Assembly: GCF_020745735.1 (NCBI RefSeq)
Contig: NW_026867515.1
Span: 1,020,774-1,084,773, forward strand
Length of the DNA: 64,000 nucleotides
Source of the DNA: Hemiscyllium ocellatum
Lineage: Eukaryota
Direction: 5' to 3'
The notes under the pieces were generated by a model that was given only the letters and a program-made list of their open reading frames with translations, was not told the DNA's origin and searched no databases. Below are positions 1 through 13,140 of this stretch, piece after piece; the stretch's first letter is position 1; each line of letters begins with the position of its first letter. The translations under genes and the position numbers were made by a program.

Positions 1-541
1 CCTGCTTGAGGAAAGAACTTTCAAACTTTGAGAGGGGTCGGAAAAGATTAAAGGCTGTTGTGAGGCTTGGAGGTTTTGAACTACAGGGAAAGGCTGATTA
101 GGTCAGGGATATTTTTCCCGGAGCATCAGAGGGGCGAGGGCAGCCTTATAGAGGTTTATACAGGCATGGATAGGATGCATATCCAAGGTCTTTTCCCCAG
201 GGTCAGGGAGGCCAAAAAGAGGCATATGTTTGAGGTGAGAGGAATGATTTGAATGGGACCTGAGAGCAATTGTTTTCACGCAGAGGGTGTGCATGTATGG
301 AATGAACTGCCAGGGAAGTGGTGAGGCTGATATAATTATATTTAAAATGCACCTAGTTGGATACATGAACAGGAACCATAAGAGCCACATGCTGGCAAAT
401 GGGACTAGATTAATTTTGGATAGCTGTTTGGCACAGTCGAGTTTGACCAAAGGGTCTGTTTTCCGTTCTGTATGACTCTAATTGTCTTGGTGAAAGCAGA
501 AGTGTTGATTGTGAAGACTGAACTTTCAAAGCAGCTTTTGT

Positions 542-843
542 GATTAGATTAGATTACTTACAGTGTGGAAACAGGCCCTTTGGCCCAACAAGTCCGCATC
601 GACCGCCGAAGTGCACGCAACCAGACCCGTTCCCTGCACCTAGCACATGGGCAATTTAGCATTTTGAATTCACCTAACCTGCACATTTTTGGACTGTGGG
701 AGGAAACCGGAGCACCTGGAGGAAACCCACGCAGACATGGGGAGAATATGCAAACTCCACAGTCAGTCGCCTGAGGCGGGAATTGAATCTGGGTCTCTGG
801 CGCTGTGAGGCAGCAGTGCTAACCACTGTGCCACCATGCCACC
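542..843 (-). mobile_element. tRNA-derived V-SINE (shark HE1-like)
   Basis: Minus strand has a tRNA head ggcatggtggcacagtggttagcactgctgcctcacagcgcc..ttcaattccc, the V-domain gggtttcctcc..ggtttcctcccacagtccaaa, a LINE-derived 3' end and a (tctaa)n tail. Confidence 0.85.
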
Positions 844-1855
844 CATAGATTTTGCTCTTCCTCGGAGCAGAAGAAATTTTGCATTTGTGAGAGAGCAACT
901 GAGTGAGTGTGGACATTTGGGATTTTGGTGGAAAGTGGGAATTCATTGCACTGTGGGGATCAAGCCCTCCCTATCCAGTCATTTCAGCTGGTGAATGAGA
1001 CTCAGCAGTTCATGCAGGCAGTCAATCCAGGTAATATTTTTTAAATTCCTGCTTTGGAAATAGAACCAGTCTGACTCCAGATTAGGATACTGACAAACTC
1101 TAGCCTCATCCCTTTAATGCATGGTCTGAGCTGAGATGTCACCTTTTGTTATAAAGCCTTATGTTAGCTTGAGAGGGTGCCTTACAGGAAGTTCTGTGAT
1201 TTACATATTTATGATACCTGTAATCCATTGTAAAAGATGAAAGACTTAACAATCCAGGTTTGTTCAATATATCATTTCAGTGGCAGGACACAAATGTCTT
1301 TCCATAAATTCTGTGCCTTATGGTCTTATTCTCCACGACCACCTGATGAAGGAGCAGTGGGATGATGCTTTCAATTTTGTGAACTAACAAAAGAAAAGGG
1401 TGTTCCACAGAAAGTAGAATAGCTTGTTCTGAATTTCTACCCTGCACTGACAGTAATGATTTTTGTAATCTCTTTTTCCAGAGTATTTGAAGATCTGAAG
1501 ATGCAAGTCTCAATGAACAGATGAAGGCCTGATGCCTGAAATGTTGACTCTCCTGCTTCTCATGCTGCCTGACCCACTGTGCTTTTACAGCGCAACACTT
1601 TTTGACACTGACTCTTCCGCGTCTGCAGTCCTTATTTTCACGTCAATATCTGACAGTCACTCAATTGATCAGGACAGCCACGATTTTTGACTATAATTCT
1701 GTGAGAAGGAGCAAACCTTTTTGGTTCCTGTTTGAGTAAGTTTTCGTTATCAGTGGGCCTGGATGAGAGACCCAACTGTTGCTGCCCACTGAATGTGGAG
1801 ACTGAAACTGTTATACGGCCTGGAAAGAGGAATTCCCAGCAGTGAGGGTAAGTAC

Positions 1856-2414
1856 ATGCGTTTGATTGTAGCTGAAGCTTCGGACATGGAGAAACCGTGG
1901 AAGTGTGATAACTGTGGGAAAGGCTTCCGTACTCCGTCTGACCTGGAGATTCATCAGCGCGTCCACATGGGGGAGAGGCCGTTCTCCTGTCCTAAGTGCG
2001 GGAAGGGCTTTACCCAGGTCCCTGCCCTGCTTAGGCACCAGCGGATCCACACGGGGGAGAGGCCTTTCAGTTGCCCCGAGTGTGGGAAGGCCTTCAGCAA
2101 TTCCTCCACCTTGCATACAGAGGCCCCACCGATGAGTCCTTACGGGAGAAAGGCCCTTCAGCTGTCCCGAGTGTGGGAAGGCCTTCAGCTATTCCTACCA
2201 CCTGCTGAGGCACCAGCGGGTCCACACGGGGGAGAGGCCTTTCAGTTGCCCCGAGTGTGGGAAGGCCTTCAGCAATTCCTTCACCTTGCTGACCCACCGG
2301 CGAGTCCATACGGGAGAAGGGCCCTTCAGCTGACCTGAGTGTGGGAAGGCCTTCACCCGCTCCTCCAACCTCCGGAACCACCAGCGACTTCATGTGCCAT
2401 CGCAGGGAGACTGA
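1856..2414 (+). pseudogene. C2H2 zinc-finger pseudogene (about 6 fingers), paralog of 52536-53339
   Basis: MRL..MEKPWKC start and TGERPF linkers. Frameshifting indels near 2115-2150, and a Cys codon converted to TGA at 2331-2333. Confidence 0.85.
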
Positions 2415-2434
2415 CAGCGACTGCCGAGTGCCAT

Positions 2435-2700
2435 TATCGACTGGACTATCAACCCAGTTCTGGGATCTGTTGGGTTTGAATCTCACCGTGGCAGATGGTG
2501 GAATTGGAATTCGGTCAGAATCTAATGATGAAACCATTTTCTGGTATTGGGTGGGGGAGAAAACCCTAATCTGATTCACTCACGCCCTTTTTAGGGAAGG
2601 AAACTGCCGTTGTGGGAAAGGATTCACTCAGTCGTCCCAGCTGCATCCTTTACCCGGTCTGGCCTACACATGACTCCAGACCCACAGCAGTCTGTTTCAC
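2435..2700 (+). mobile_element. DeuSINE/SacSINE-like relic in the ZNF 3' UTR (also 24880-25140 minus, 40300-40560, 53360-53590)
   Basis: B-box-like gggtttgaatc followed by the core tagggaaggaaactgccgt...cctttacccggtctggcctacacatgactccagacccacagca, directly after the stop codon of each ZNF whose 3' end lies in the window. Confidence 0.65.
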
Positions 2701-3729
2701 TCCACACTGCCCCCGTTCCTCGCCCCACGGGTTAAGGCTGTACCAAGGATCCAATTACCAAGAATAAAGAGTGCTGACCAAAAGTAAAGAAAATGGGGTG
2801 GGGTGGAGGGAGGGGGAGTTTGTGCGCTTTGACCTTGAGTTGTTTAAAAATCAGCTGCTTTCTCTCCCCCTTTTTGCTGGGGGAGATGTGAAGCTGTAAC
2901 AAAATTGGGTCACAATAAAGATTACCTGAACTTACTGTCAGGCTCAGACTCTCATTGAAAGCTTTGAGCTCCAGATGGTCTTTGATTTAAAGCTGCTCAT
3001 TTCTTCCAGCCTCCTGCACTAAGTTTCTAATGTCGTGTAGCAGATGGAGCAGTGAATGATTTGCTCATATCATTAGAACTTGTAAATTTTTAAGGAGTAC
3101 CGGTACTGCATCGTTTCATCAACATTGTAAAGGTTACTGGCAGCACTGGGCAGTTTGCACTGTGTTCACTAGTAACTCATCTTTAAAATTTGAGAATAGC
3201 TAAGATTATATATTCCGAAACATCATTGAAGTCTCAACGCATTTCAATTTTTAAAAAGAGCTGCTGAAATCTTTCTGAAACTTGCACTGGAATATGTGCA
3301 GTAAGGCCACAGCTCAGGACAGGTTGGAAGGGGTGAATGACCTATTCCTCATTTTGTGAAATTGGTTTCGACTAAGTAGACGTAGAGTCCTAGAGTTGTA
3401 GAGCCGGAAACAAACCCCTCAGTCCATATCTTAAATGAATCTAGTGACCCATTTGCCTGCATTTGGCCTATGTTCATCTGTACCCTTCCTATTCATATCC
3501 CCTTCCAGATGCCTTTTAAATGTTGTAATTGTACCAGTCTCCACCACTTCTGCTGGCAGTACATTCCATACACGCACCACCCCCTGCGTGAAAATATTGT
3601 CCCTCAGGTCCCTTTCCCCACTCACCTTCAACCTATGCCCCTTCAGTGCTGGACTCCCCTACCTGGGGAAAGACCTTGGACGTTCACCCTATCCATGCCC
3701 CTTACAAATGTCTATAATTTTGAGGAGGA

Positions 3730-4320
3730 GAAAATGAGGACTGCATATACTAGACATCATTTTCCACCCCCCACCCCAACTTTATCCAAGTCCCATGCCT
3801 TCAACTCAGCACCACCGTCCTGACCTGTCCATCAACTTTTCAATCTATCAGCTCCACCCACTTCTCCAACCTATCCATCGCCAAACCGTTACTACCCGAT
3901 GCCTGGAGGAGGAACGCCTCATATTCTGCCTTGCGACCCTGCAACCACACAGGATAAATTGTGGATTTCAACAGTTTCCTCACCTCCCCCACTTTATCCC
4001 AGTCCCAAGCCTCCAACTCTGCACTGCCCTTCTGACATGTCCATCATTTTTCCTATCTATCTGCACCATAACCCCCTCCGAACTATCATTTTGCCCCCCT
4101 CCTCCCCCCCACCACCATCTCACATATACACACACCTTCATGTACCTATGGCATTCTCAGCTACCTTCTCCCCCAACCCCACCCACTTCCCATTTATCTC
4201 TCAGCACCCCCGCCCACAAACTTCGTTCCTGATGAAGGGCTGATGCCAAAACGTCAATTCGTCTGCTCCATGGCTGCTGCCTGACCTGATATGGTTTTTC
4301 CAGCACCCCACACTCTCGGC
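3730..4320 (+). mobile_element. Decayed Penelope-like 3' fragment (GIY-YIG tail plus degenerate HHR at 4229); paralog 54600-55150
   Basis: RCLEEERLIFCLATLQP matches the C-terminus of the PLE at 21325-22173; ctgatgaagggc..aaaacgtc. Confidence 0.8.
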
Positions 4321-4559
4321 ATAATTTTAAGGTAATTGGAGGAAGGTTTCGGGGAGATGTCAGAATAGGTTCTTACTCAGATAGTGGTGGCTATGTGAAA
4401 TGCACTGTCAACAGTGGTAGTAGAGTCAGATACATTAGGGACATTTAATCGACTCTTGGATAGGTACATGAAAGTTAGTACAATAAGTGGTATGTAGGTC
4501 AGTCTGATTTTAGACTAGGATAAAGGGCCGGTACTGTGCTATGTACCTAAGTGGAGTCA

Positions 4560-5110
4560 AAAGTTTTGTTTTATCAGCAGTACAGTCAGATCCGAGCAAA
4601 CGAGGACATGCAGGTCATACTGCGCTTAGACAGAGTGAGGCGTACAGGGTTACAGCTGCACAGTAGGTGCACAGAAGCAAGGTCAACATTAGATTTCAAA
4701 TTGAAGAGCTCCATTCAGCAGTCTAATAATGGCAGGGAAGAAGCTATTCTTGAACCTGTTGGTGCGTGTGTTCAAGCTTCTGTATCTTCTGCCCGACAGA
4801 AGATGGTGCAGGAGATCATTCCTGGGATGGGAGGGGTCTTTGAGGTTGGCAGCCTTTCCACGACAACGAGAAGTGTAGATGGATTTCATGGATGGTAGGT
4901 TGGCTTCCGTGATGGATTGTGCTGTGCACACAACCTTCTGTAGTTTCTTCTGGTCCTGGGCAGAGCAGTTGCCGTAGCAAGGCGTGATGCACCCAGATTC
5001 AATACTTTCTGTGGTGCATCTGTAAATGTTGGTGAGTGTCATTATGGACATGCCGAATTTCTTAAGCATCTTGAGGAAGAAAAGGCGTTGTTGTGCCTTC
5101 TTGACCATTG
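4560..5110 (-). mobile_element. Rex1/Babar-type LINE 3' fragment; paralog 55420-55970
   Basis: KKAQQRLFFL..YRCTTES..GCIT..YGNCSAQD..SGRRYRS..NSFFPAIIRLLN is the RT C-terminus typical of Rex/Babar LINEs. Confidence 0.75.
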
Positions 5111-5854
5111 CATGGGTGGGTTTAGATATTTAGCTGCTCATTTCTCATTCTTACTAATTCCTTTACTTGATGCAGTCACACAGTCCGTTTCATAACTTGT
5201 GCTAATCTTTTTAGAAGGTCTTTTTCAGAAGGATAAAATATTACGAGGGGCAAAGGCAGTGTACATACATAATATGAAATCTTTAAACTTGAATTCATTT
5301 TTAAGAGCAGAACAATGCATTTATGGTAAAAATGGGTAAATTTAACAGGTTTTATGAAGGGTGAGAGTGAGAAGTATGTAGAGGTGCATGGTAAAACAGG
5401 ACCGAGTCTGCATGGCTTTGACAAGAGGAGGTCATGTCTGACAAATCTATTAGGATTCTTTAAGCAGGTAATGAGTAAGTTAGACAAAGGGAGAGACAGT
5501 GGACGTGAGCGATTTGGATTTCCAGAAGGCCTTTGACAAGGTGCTGTGCGGGAGGTTGCTAAGTAAGGTAAGAGTCCCTGGTGTAGGAGCAAGGTACTGG
5601 CACGGATCGAGGATTGACTGACTGGCAGAAGGTAGAGAGTTGGCATAAACGGGTCTTTGGAGTTCCAAAGGGGTCCATGCTGAGAGTGCTGGGACAGGCC
5701 AGGAGAATGGTCAGAGAAGAGGCAGATGGAATACAATGTGGTAAAGTCTGAGGTTATGCACTTTGGTGGGAAGACCAGAAACAGAGACTGTTTTCAAAAT
5801 GGGAAAGGCTTCGGAAACGTGAAACAGAAAGGGATTGGGGAATCCCAGCTCAGG

Positions 5855-6070
5855 GGGAGAATTGTACCATTCATTCGGGGTGGTGTGGAAAGGATCGTAC
5901 CATTGAGACTTGGGAGAATTGTACCCTTAATGGCTGTGGGGGAGTAAAGGATTATACCATTCAGAGGGGGACGATTGCATCATTCGAAGGTGGAGGGGCA
6001 AAAGGAAAGGGGAGGATTGTACCATTCACATCACGGCGTGTGGATTGTACCATTCACAGGGAGAATTATT
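5855..6070 (+). repeat. Degenerate minisatellite, motif GATTGTACCATTCA about 7 times; partial paralog 56620-56745
   Basis: The motif recurs near 5858, 5892, 5915, 5949, 5973, 6014 and 6042 with G-rich spacers of variable length. Confidence 0.75.
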
Positions 6071-6214
6071 TATTTTTATATTTCAGAATTTCCAGGATAC
6101 AGGACGTATGCCAATTTTACCCACCAGAAATCGACTGAAACTAGGTACACTAAAAAAATCCAGCAGGAAGATTATCAGTAAAAAGGTCTAGTTTCGGTCA
6201 TAGCAGTTATAGCC

Positions 6215-8625
6215 TTCTAGAGTCACACCACACAGAAACAGACACTTCAGTTCAATTCATCCATGCCGGCCAGATGTTCCAATCTGGCCCAGTCCCAAGT
6301 TCCAGCATTTGCTCCTTATTCCTCTAAATCCGAACTATTCATCTAGACACCTTTTAAATGTTGTAATTGTACCCACCTCCACCACTACCTCTGGCTGCTC
6401 ATTCCATACACGCTCTACCTTCTGCGTGAAAACGTTGCCCCTTAGTTCCTTTTTAAATCTTTCCCCCTCTCATCTTAAACTTATACCTTCTAGTTTTGGA
6501 CTCCTCCACCTTGGGGGAACATACCTTGGCTATTCGCCCTATCCGTGATTTTCATGATTTTATAAACCCCTCAGGTCACCTCTCAGCCACCTCCACTCCA
6601 GGGAGAACAGCCCCAGCCTAGTCAACCTCTCTCTGTAGCTCAAATCCTCCAACCCTGGCAACATCTTTGTAAATCTTTTCTGAACCCTTTCAAGTTTCAC
6701 AACATCATTCCAAGAGGAAGGATGCCAGAATTGTACACTTCTTCCACAAGTGGCCGAAACATTCTCCTGTACAGCCACAACATGACCTCTCAAATCCTAT
6801 ACTCAATACTCTGACCAATAAAAAAAAGTATATCAAACACCTTCTTCACTATCTTATCTACCTGCAACTCCACTTTCAAAGAGCTGTGAACCTGCACTCC
6901 AAGGTCTCTTTTGTTCAACAACACTCCCTCGAACCTTACCATTAAGTGTAGATGTGCTGCTCTGAGTTGTTTTTCCAAAATGCAGCACCTCGCATTCATC
7001 AAAATTAAACTCCATCTGCCACTCCTCAGCCCATTGGTACATCTGATCAAGATCCCATTGTAATCTGAGGTAACCTTCCTCATTGTTCACTGCACCTCCA
7101 ATTTTGGTGTCATCAGCAAACCTACTAACTACACATCCTATGTTCACATCCAAGTCATTTGCATAAAAAATACAAAAAGTAGTGGACCTAGCACCGATCG
7201 TTGTGGCACTCCACTGGTCATAAGCCTCCAGTTTAAAAAATAAACCTCCACCACCTTCTTCTAACTTTGAGCCAGTTCTGTATCCAAATGTCTAGTTCTC
7301 TCTGTATTCCATAAGATCTAACCTTGCTAACATGTCTCCCTCGGGGAACCTTGTCAAACACCTTACTGAAGTCCATATAGATCACGTCCATTGCTGCCCT
7401 CATCAATCTTCTTTGTTACTTCTTCAAAGCACTCAATCAAGTTTGTGAGACATGATTTCCCATGCACAAAGCCATGCCGCCTATCCCGAATCAGTCCTTG
7501 CCTTTCCAAATATGTGTAAATCCTGTCTCTCAGGTTTCACTCCAACAACCTGCCCACCACCGATGTCAGGTTCCCTGGCTTTTCCTTATCAACGTTCTTA
7601 AATAGTGGTACCAACGTTAACCAACCTCCAGTTTTCCAACACCTCTCCTGTGACTATCAATGATACAAATATTTTAGCAAGGGGCCCAACAATCACTTCC
7701 CGTAGCCTCCCACAGAGTTCTCGGGTACATCTGATCAGGTCCTGGAGATTTATCCATCTTCATGTTTCAAGATATCCAGCACCACTTCCTCTGTAATATG
7801 GACATTTTTCAAGATGTTATAATCTATTTCCCTACATTTTATATTTTTCATGTCCTTCTTCAGAGTAAACATTGATGCAAAATACTCGCTTTGTATCTCC
7901 CCATCTCCTGTAGTTCCACACATTGACAGCCTTGCTCATCTTTGGTGTGCCCTATTCTCTCCCTAGTGGCCCTTTTGTCCTTAATGTATTTGTAAAAACC
8001 CTTTGGGTTCTCCTTAACCCTATTTGTCAAAGTTATCTCATATCCAGTTTTTGTCCTCCTGACTTCCCTTTTAAGTATACTCATACTACCTTTATACTCT
8101 TCTAAGGATTCACACAATGTATCCTGTCTATCCCTGACATATGCTTCCTTCTTTTTCTTCACCAAATACTCAATTTCTCCAGTCATCCAACATTCCCTAC
8201 ACCTACCAGACATTCCTTTCACCCTAACAGGAATATACTGTCTCTGGACTCTCTTTATCTCATTTCTGAAGGCTTCCCATTTTCCAGCCGTCTCTTTACC
8301 TGCAAACATCTGCCACCAAACAGCTTTGGAAAGTTCTTGCCTATTACGTTAAAACGAGACATTCGCCAATTTAGAATTTCAACTTTTAGATCTGGTCTAT
8401 CCTTTTCCATCACTATTTTAAAATTAATGTAATTATGGTCGCTGGCCCCAAAGTGCACCCCCACTGACACCTCAGTCAGCTGTCCTGCCTTATTTCCCAA
8501 GAGTAGGTCAAGTTTTGCACCTTCTCCATAGGTATATCCACATACTAAATCAGAAATCTTTATTGAACACGCTTAACAAATTCGTCTCCATCTAAACCCT
8601 TAAACCTAGGGCAGTCCTGTTGGAA
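6215..8625 (-). mobile_element. CR1-clade (HER1-like) LINE, 5'-truncated and decayed; paralog 56900-59310
   Basis: RT motifs SRFADDTKIGG, WQMEFN..CEVLHFG, KLERVQKRFTKMLPGLEDLSYRERL, broken by stops and frameshifts. Confidence 0.9.
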
Positions 8626-8649
8626 AGTTAAATCCCCTACCATAACCAT

Positions 8650-10200
8650 ATAAGGGGAAATGAGTTTAAAACTGGGCACAATCCTCCAGGTGCAGTTTCA
8701 GCAATGCTATGTTTGGTTGCAGCAACACTTCCTTCCCTTTATGTTCTATTTCTTTAGCAATAAAAGCAAATGCTGCATTCACTTTCTTTCTTATCTACTG
8801 TACCTGCATGCTAGTTTTCTGTGACTCATTAATGAGGATACCCAGATCCCTCTGCACCAGATCATCCCAAACCCTCTATTAGATAATAGGTTGCTTTGCT
8901 GTTTTTTTTGACCAAAATGCATGACCTCACACTTATCCACCTTAAACTCCATATGCCACATTTTGACCCGCTCTCCTAACCTATCTAGATCCATTTGAAA
9001 GGTTTGTATTTCCTCATTGCAACTTACCATCCTGTCTATTTATGTGTCATCCACAAATTTGGCAAATGAGCCTTTTATCCCTGTATCCATGTCACTAATG
9101 TAGATTGTAAATAGCTGGGGTCCAAGGACCCAACCCTGTGCACCTCACTAGTTACATCTTGCCATCCAGAAAAAAAGTCATCAATTCAGACTCTCTGTCT
9201 TCTGCCCATCAGCCAGTCACCTATCCAAGCTGATAAATCACCCCATGTCCCACATGATCTAACCTTGCGAATTAATGCTTTGAGTGGCACTTTAGCAAAT
9301 GCCTTCTGAAAAGCCAGATATATTACATCTACATGATCCCTATTATCCACTTGTTACATCTATGAAGAACTTAGTCAAATCTGATTTGCCCATCATAAAA
9401 CCACGCTGACTCTGATGGATAGAGTTTTGACTTTTCAAACGTCCTGATATTGCTTCCTTGATAATTGACGCTAACACCTTCCCAACAACAGATGTTAAAC
9501 TAACTGGTCTGCAACTTTTCACATATTGCCTGTCTCCCTTTCTGAATACAGGCATTACATTAGCATTTTTCCAATCCACTGGAACCATAATATCCTAAGA
9601 TATAGGAGCAGAAACTAAGCCATTCAATCATGGCTGAAACGTTTCTAACTCCATTCTCCCGCTTTCTCCCCATGTCCTTTGATCACCTTGACAATCAAGA
9701 ACCTACCTATCTCTGTATTAAATAAACTCAATGAATCTTTCTCATGTCCAGGGAATTTTGGAATATTGTAACTAATGAATTCACAATCTCCGCCGTCACT
9801 TCCTTTAGTATCCTAGGAGGTAGGCCATCAGGCCCAGGGGATTTGTTTGCCCTCAATCCTAATAGTGTACCTATCGACGTTGATTGTTTTAAGTTCGAGC
9901 CTTTGACTTGCTCGTTCCAATACGAACGGTACTGCTGTCCTCCAACGTGAAAACTGAGGGAAAGTATTGATTTAGCAGCTCTGCCATTTCAATGTTCCCC
10001 TTATTAACTCACCTGGTTCATCTTCCAAGGAACCAACATTTACTTTAGCGACTCTGTTCCCTTTGGCATACCAATAGAAGCTTTTGATATTTTATACTAG
10101 GCTTCTTTCGTAATTTACCTTACCTATTTCTATTCATTTTTTAAAATCCCTTTGTTTGTGTCTGGAAGTTTCCTGATGTTTCAGCTTTCCAAAGGCCTGG
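8650..10200 (-). mobile_element. Older CR1-clade LINE fragments; paralog 59330-60710
   Basis: VPVDWKNANVMPVFRKG..RPVSLTSVVGK and WHMEFKVDKCEVMHFG. Confidence 0.8.
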
Positions 10201-10239
10201 AGTAACATTCCTGAACAGGCTGAAAATTAAAAAGTAACC

Positions 10240-10780
10240 CACCTTTCAGGAGGCTGGGGGCGGGGAAAACCAACCTCCATTGTCCCCTATTGGTTGGATG
10301 GCTCCCCAACCACGCCCTCTCAGTTGTTGATGACGTTGTCTGGACCACGCCCGCTGCGTGTTGGCGCATGTGCAGTGTAGGTCCCGCGGCCGGACAAAGA
10401 CAGTGTTACTGAGTGTGGGAGAGGAATGGCGCCGGCGGCTGAAGGAACAAGAACAGAAACCGCTGGAAAAGCTGAGCAGGTCCGGCAGCTCGTGTTGAGA
10501 GAAATGTGAGGACGTGTTTTGGGTCCGGGGATCCTTCTTCAGAACAGGACCAGGTTTCAGAAACATCCCGGGGAGGTCGCCAGGTCCGAGCGCCAAGACC
10601 TGGCTCCTGCCCCCGGGGAGAGGAGACAGTGAGACAGGGTAGGATTGGGAACCGCGGGAGGAGGGAGACTGGGGAGTTTATAAACTCCTAGGGGGAGGCC
10701 TGAGGCCGCGAATAAAAGCCCCACAGGCCCAGTGTTTACTTCACCGGCGAAGGAGCTCTCGGGTTGCCCGGGCAACCAGC
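10240..10780 (+). promoter_or_regulatory. CpG-rich promoter and putative first exon of the ZNF at 12543; paralog 60760-61300
   Basis: GC box ggggcgggg, inverted CCAAT, CRE-like tgacgt, ccacgccc, NRF1-like gcgcatgtgc, YY1-like atggcg, and a candidate donor agg|gtagga near 10638. Confidence 0.65.
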
Positions 10781-12542
10781 CGCCAGCTTTGTGAGGGTCA
10801 GGTACATGTTGTCTTGGGACGGGGTTGTTGGATTGTTGTATAATGTTGATCTCCTCTGTACTTTTAATCTTGAATATTTTTAAAATGTACATTGGCTTCA
10901 ATTTATGAATTCTAAGTACAGAAGCAAAATATAAACATCTCCTTGCATGTATCCCAACATGTGCACAGGAGATAAGACTGTTTCAAGATTTACTGAGGTG
11001 CTGAATCAATAGCTCTTTCCCTTTTCATTAATGAAGTTGGTGCCCAGCAGACTCCTGCTCACAGTCGGTGTCAGCCTTTATGGGAAAGATAGGATAGCAA
11101 AACCGAGACACCAATGTAGCCGAGTAATCTGAAGTCACACTTTGGTGCTTTAATCGCCTCAAAAGCATGCCATTCAGAATAATGTCAAGGCTAGAGGATT
11201 GCGGCAGACTCTTCCTAATCAATCCACCTTTCTCCATGTGACTACTAATTTTGACCAGAATAAATATTACTGGAAGCTTCTCCACCATATTTAAACTGGC
11301 AGGTGGGACTAGATTGAGTTGGGATATCTGGTCGGCATGGACGGGTTGGACCGAAGGGTTTGTTTCCATGCTGTACATCTCTATGACTCTATAATTGCTG
11401 AGATTAGCTTGCAACCTTTCTGAAACCAGGCTGCAATGTTTGCAGTTCTCCAGTCTTCTGGTACCACCTCCAAGTCCATGGAAGTCTGATAGAAATTGTG
11501 GAAGCCATCATTTATCATCCCTTCAAGATTGTTGGATGCATTTCATGAGTGCCTTGTCAAACTTTAAGTACCAAATGCTTATCGAAGACTTTTTTCATGT
11601 TAATTTTGAACTCTTGGGAGGTCATGTTGTGGCTGTACAGAACATCAGTTAGGCCACTGTTGAAATATGGCGTGCAGTTCTGGTCTCCTTTCAATGAAAA
11701 GATGTTGTGAAACTTGAAAGGGTTCAGAAACAATTTACAAGGATGTTGCCAGGGTTGGAGGATTTGAGCTATAGGGAGAGGTTGAACAGACTGGAGCTGT
11801 TTTCCCTGGAGTGTTGGAGCCTGAGGGGTAACCTTATAGAGGTTTACAAATTTATGAGGGGCATGTATAAGATAAATAGACAAAGTCTTTTCCGTGGGTT
11901 TGGTCTGTTTCTATGCTGTACATCTCTATGACTCTATTGGTTGCATCTGTAAGATCCTGAATCAGCACCTTGAGGAGAATTAGAGCGGAGTGAGAACAGA
12001 GGGGGAGAGAGAGTGGGATGGTGCTTTCAATTTTGTGGAATAACAAAAGAAAAGTATATTCCGCAGAAAGTGGAATTGCTTGTTCAGAATTGTTATCCTG
12101 CACTGAGTGTAATGACTTTTGTAATCTCTTTTTACAGAGTATTTGAAGATCTGAAGACGGAAATTTCAAAATCGACAGATGAAGGCCTTATGCCTGAACC
12201 ATTGACTTCTGTTCCTCGGATGCTGCCTGACCTACAGTGCTTTTCCAGCGTCACACTTTTGAATTCTTGACTCTCCAGCATCTGCAATCCTCACTTTCAC
12301 ATCAATGTCTGACAGTGACACTGGGACATCGGGACTGCAACGAATTTTGAGTGTGATTCTGTGAGAGGAGCAGAGCATTTGCTTCCTGCTCAAGTACATT
12401 TTCAGAATCCGTGGGACTGGATGAGAGACCCTACGTTGCAACACAGTGAGTGTGGAGCCTGAAACAGTTATACGGCCTGGAAAGAGGAATTCACGGCAGG
12501 GTGGGGCTGTACCCACATTTGTGTGCAGCTGAAGTTTTGGCC

Positions 12543-13140
12543 ATAGAGAAACCCGAGGAATCCCGCTCCGTGAAGAAACCATGGAAGTGTGGCAACTGTG
12601 GGAAAGGCTCCTGTGCCCCGTTTCCTCTGGAGACTCATCGGCGCAGTCACACCAGTGAGAGGCCCTTCAGCTGCCACGAGTGCAGGAAAGGCTTTACCCA
12701 GGCATCTGTCCTGCTGACCCACTGGCGGGTCCACACAGGGGAGAGACCTTTCAGCTGCCCCCAGTGCCCTGCTGAGGCACCACCGAATCCACAAGGAGGG
12801 GGAGGCCACTCTCCTGCCCCAAGTGCGGGAAGGCCTTCAGTGATTCCTCCCACCTGCTGATCCACCGGCGGGTCCACATGGGGGAGTGGCCCTTCAGCTG
12901 CCCAGATTGCGGTAAAGGCTTCAGCAATTCCTCCACCCTGCAGACCCACCAGCGGGTCCACACGGGGGAGAGGCCCTTCAGCTGCTGTGAATGCGGGAAG
13001 TGCTTTACCCAGGTCTTTGCCCAGCTGAGACACCAGCGGTCCCACACCGGGGAGAGGCCCTTTAGTTGTCCTGAGTGCAGGAAGTGCTTTACCCAGGCCA
13101 TCACACTTCAGAAACACCAGCAGTTCCACAAAGGGGAGAA
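12543..13140 (+). pseudogene. C2H2 zinc-finger pseudogene, paralog of 63196->64000
   Basis: Start ATG changed to ATA (ccatagagaaaccc), a frameshifting deletion near 12763, whole fingers lost relative to copy B, and 3' truncation at 13140. Confidence 0.9.

Larger units (their letters stand above)
1..13140 (+). repeat. Segmental duplication, copy A (paralog of about 50607-63980)
   Basis: Collinear matches from base 1 (cctgctt..gaaagaac..aactttgagaggggtcggaaaagatt = 50607) through ZNF, SINE, PLE, Rex, CR1 and promoter to the second ZNF. Homology stops at 13140. Confidence 0.95.

Noticed and set aside
770-843. tRNA gene
   Set aside because: It is the tRNA-derived head of a V-SINE, continuous with the SINE body.
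5855-6070. CRISPR-like repeat-spacer pattern
   Set aside because: The repeats are short and degenerate, the spacers irregular and G-rich, the context eukaryotic, and there are no cas genes.
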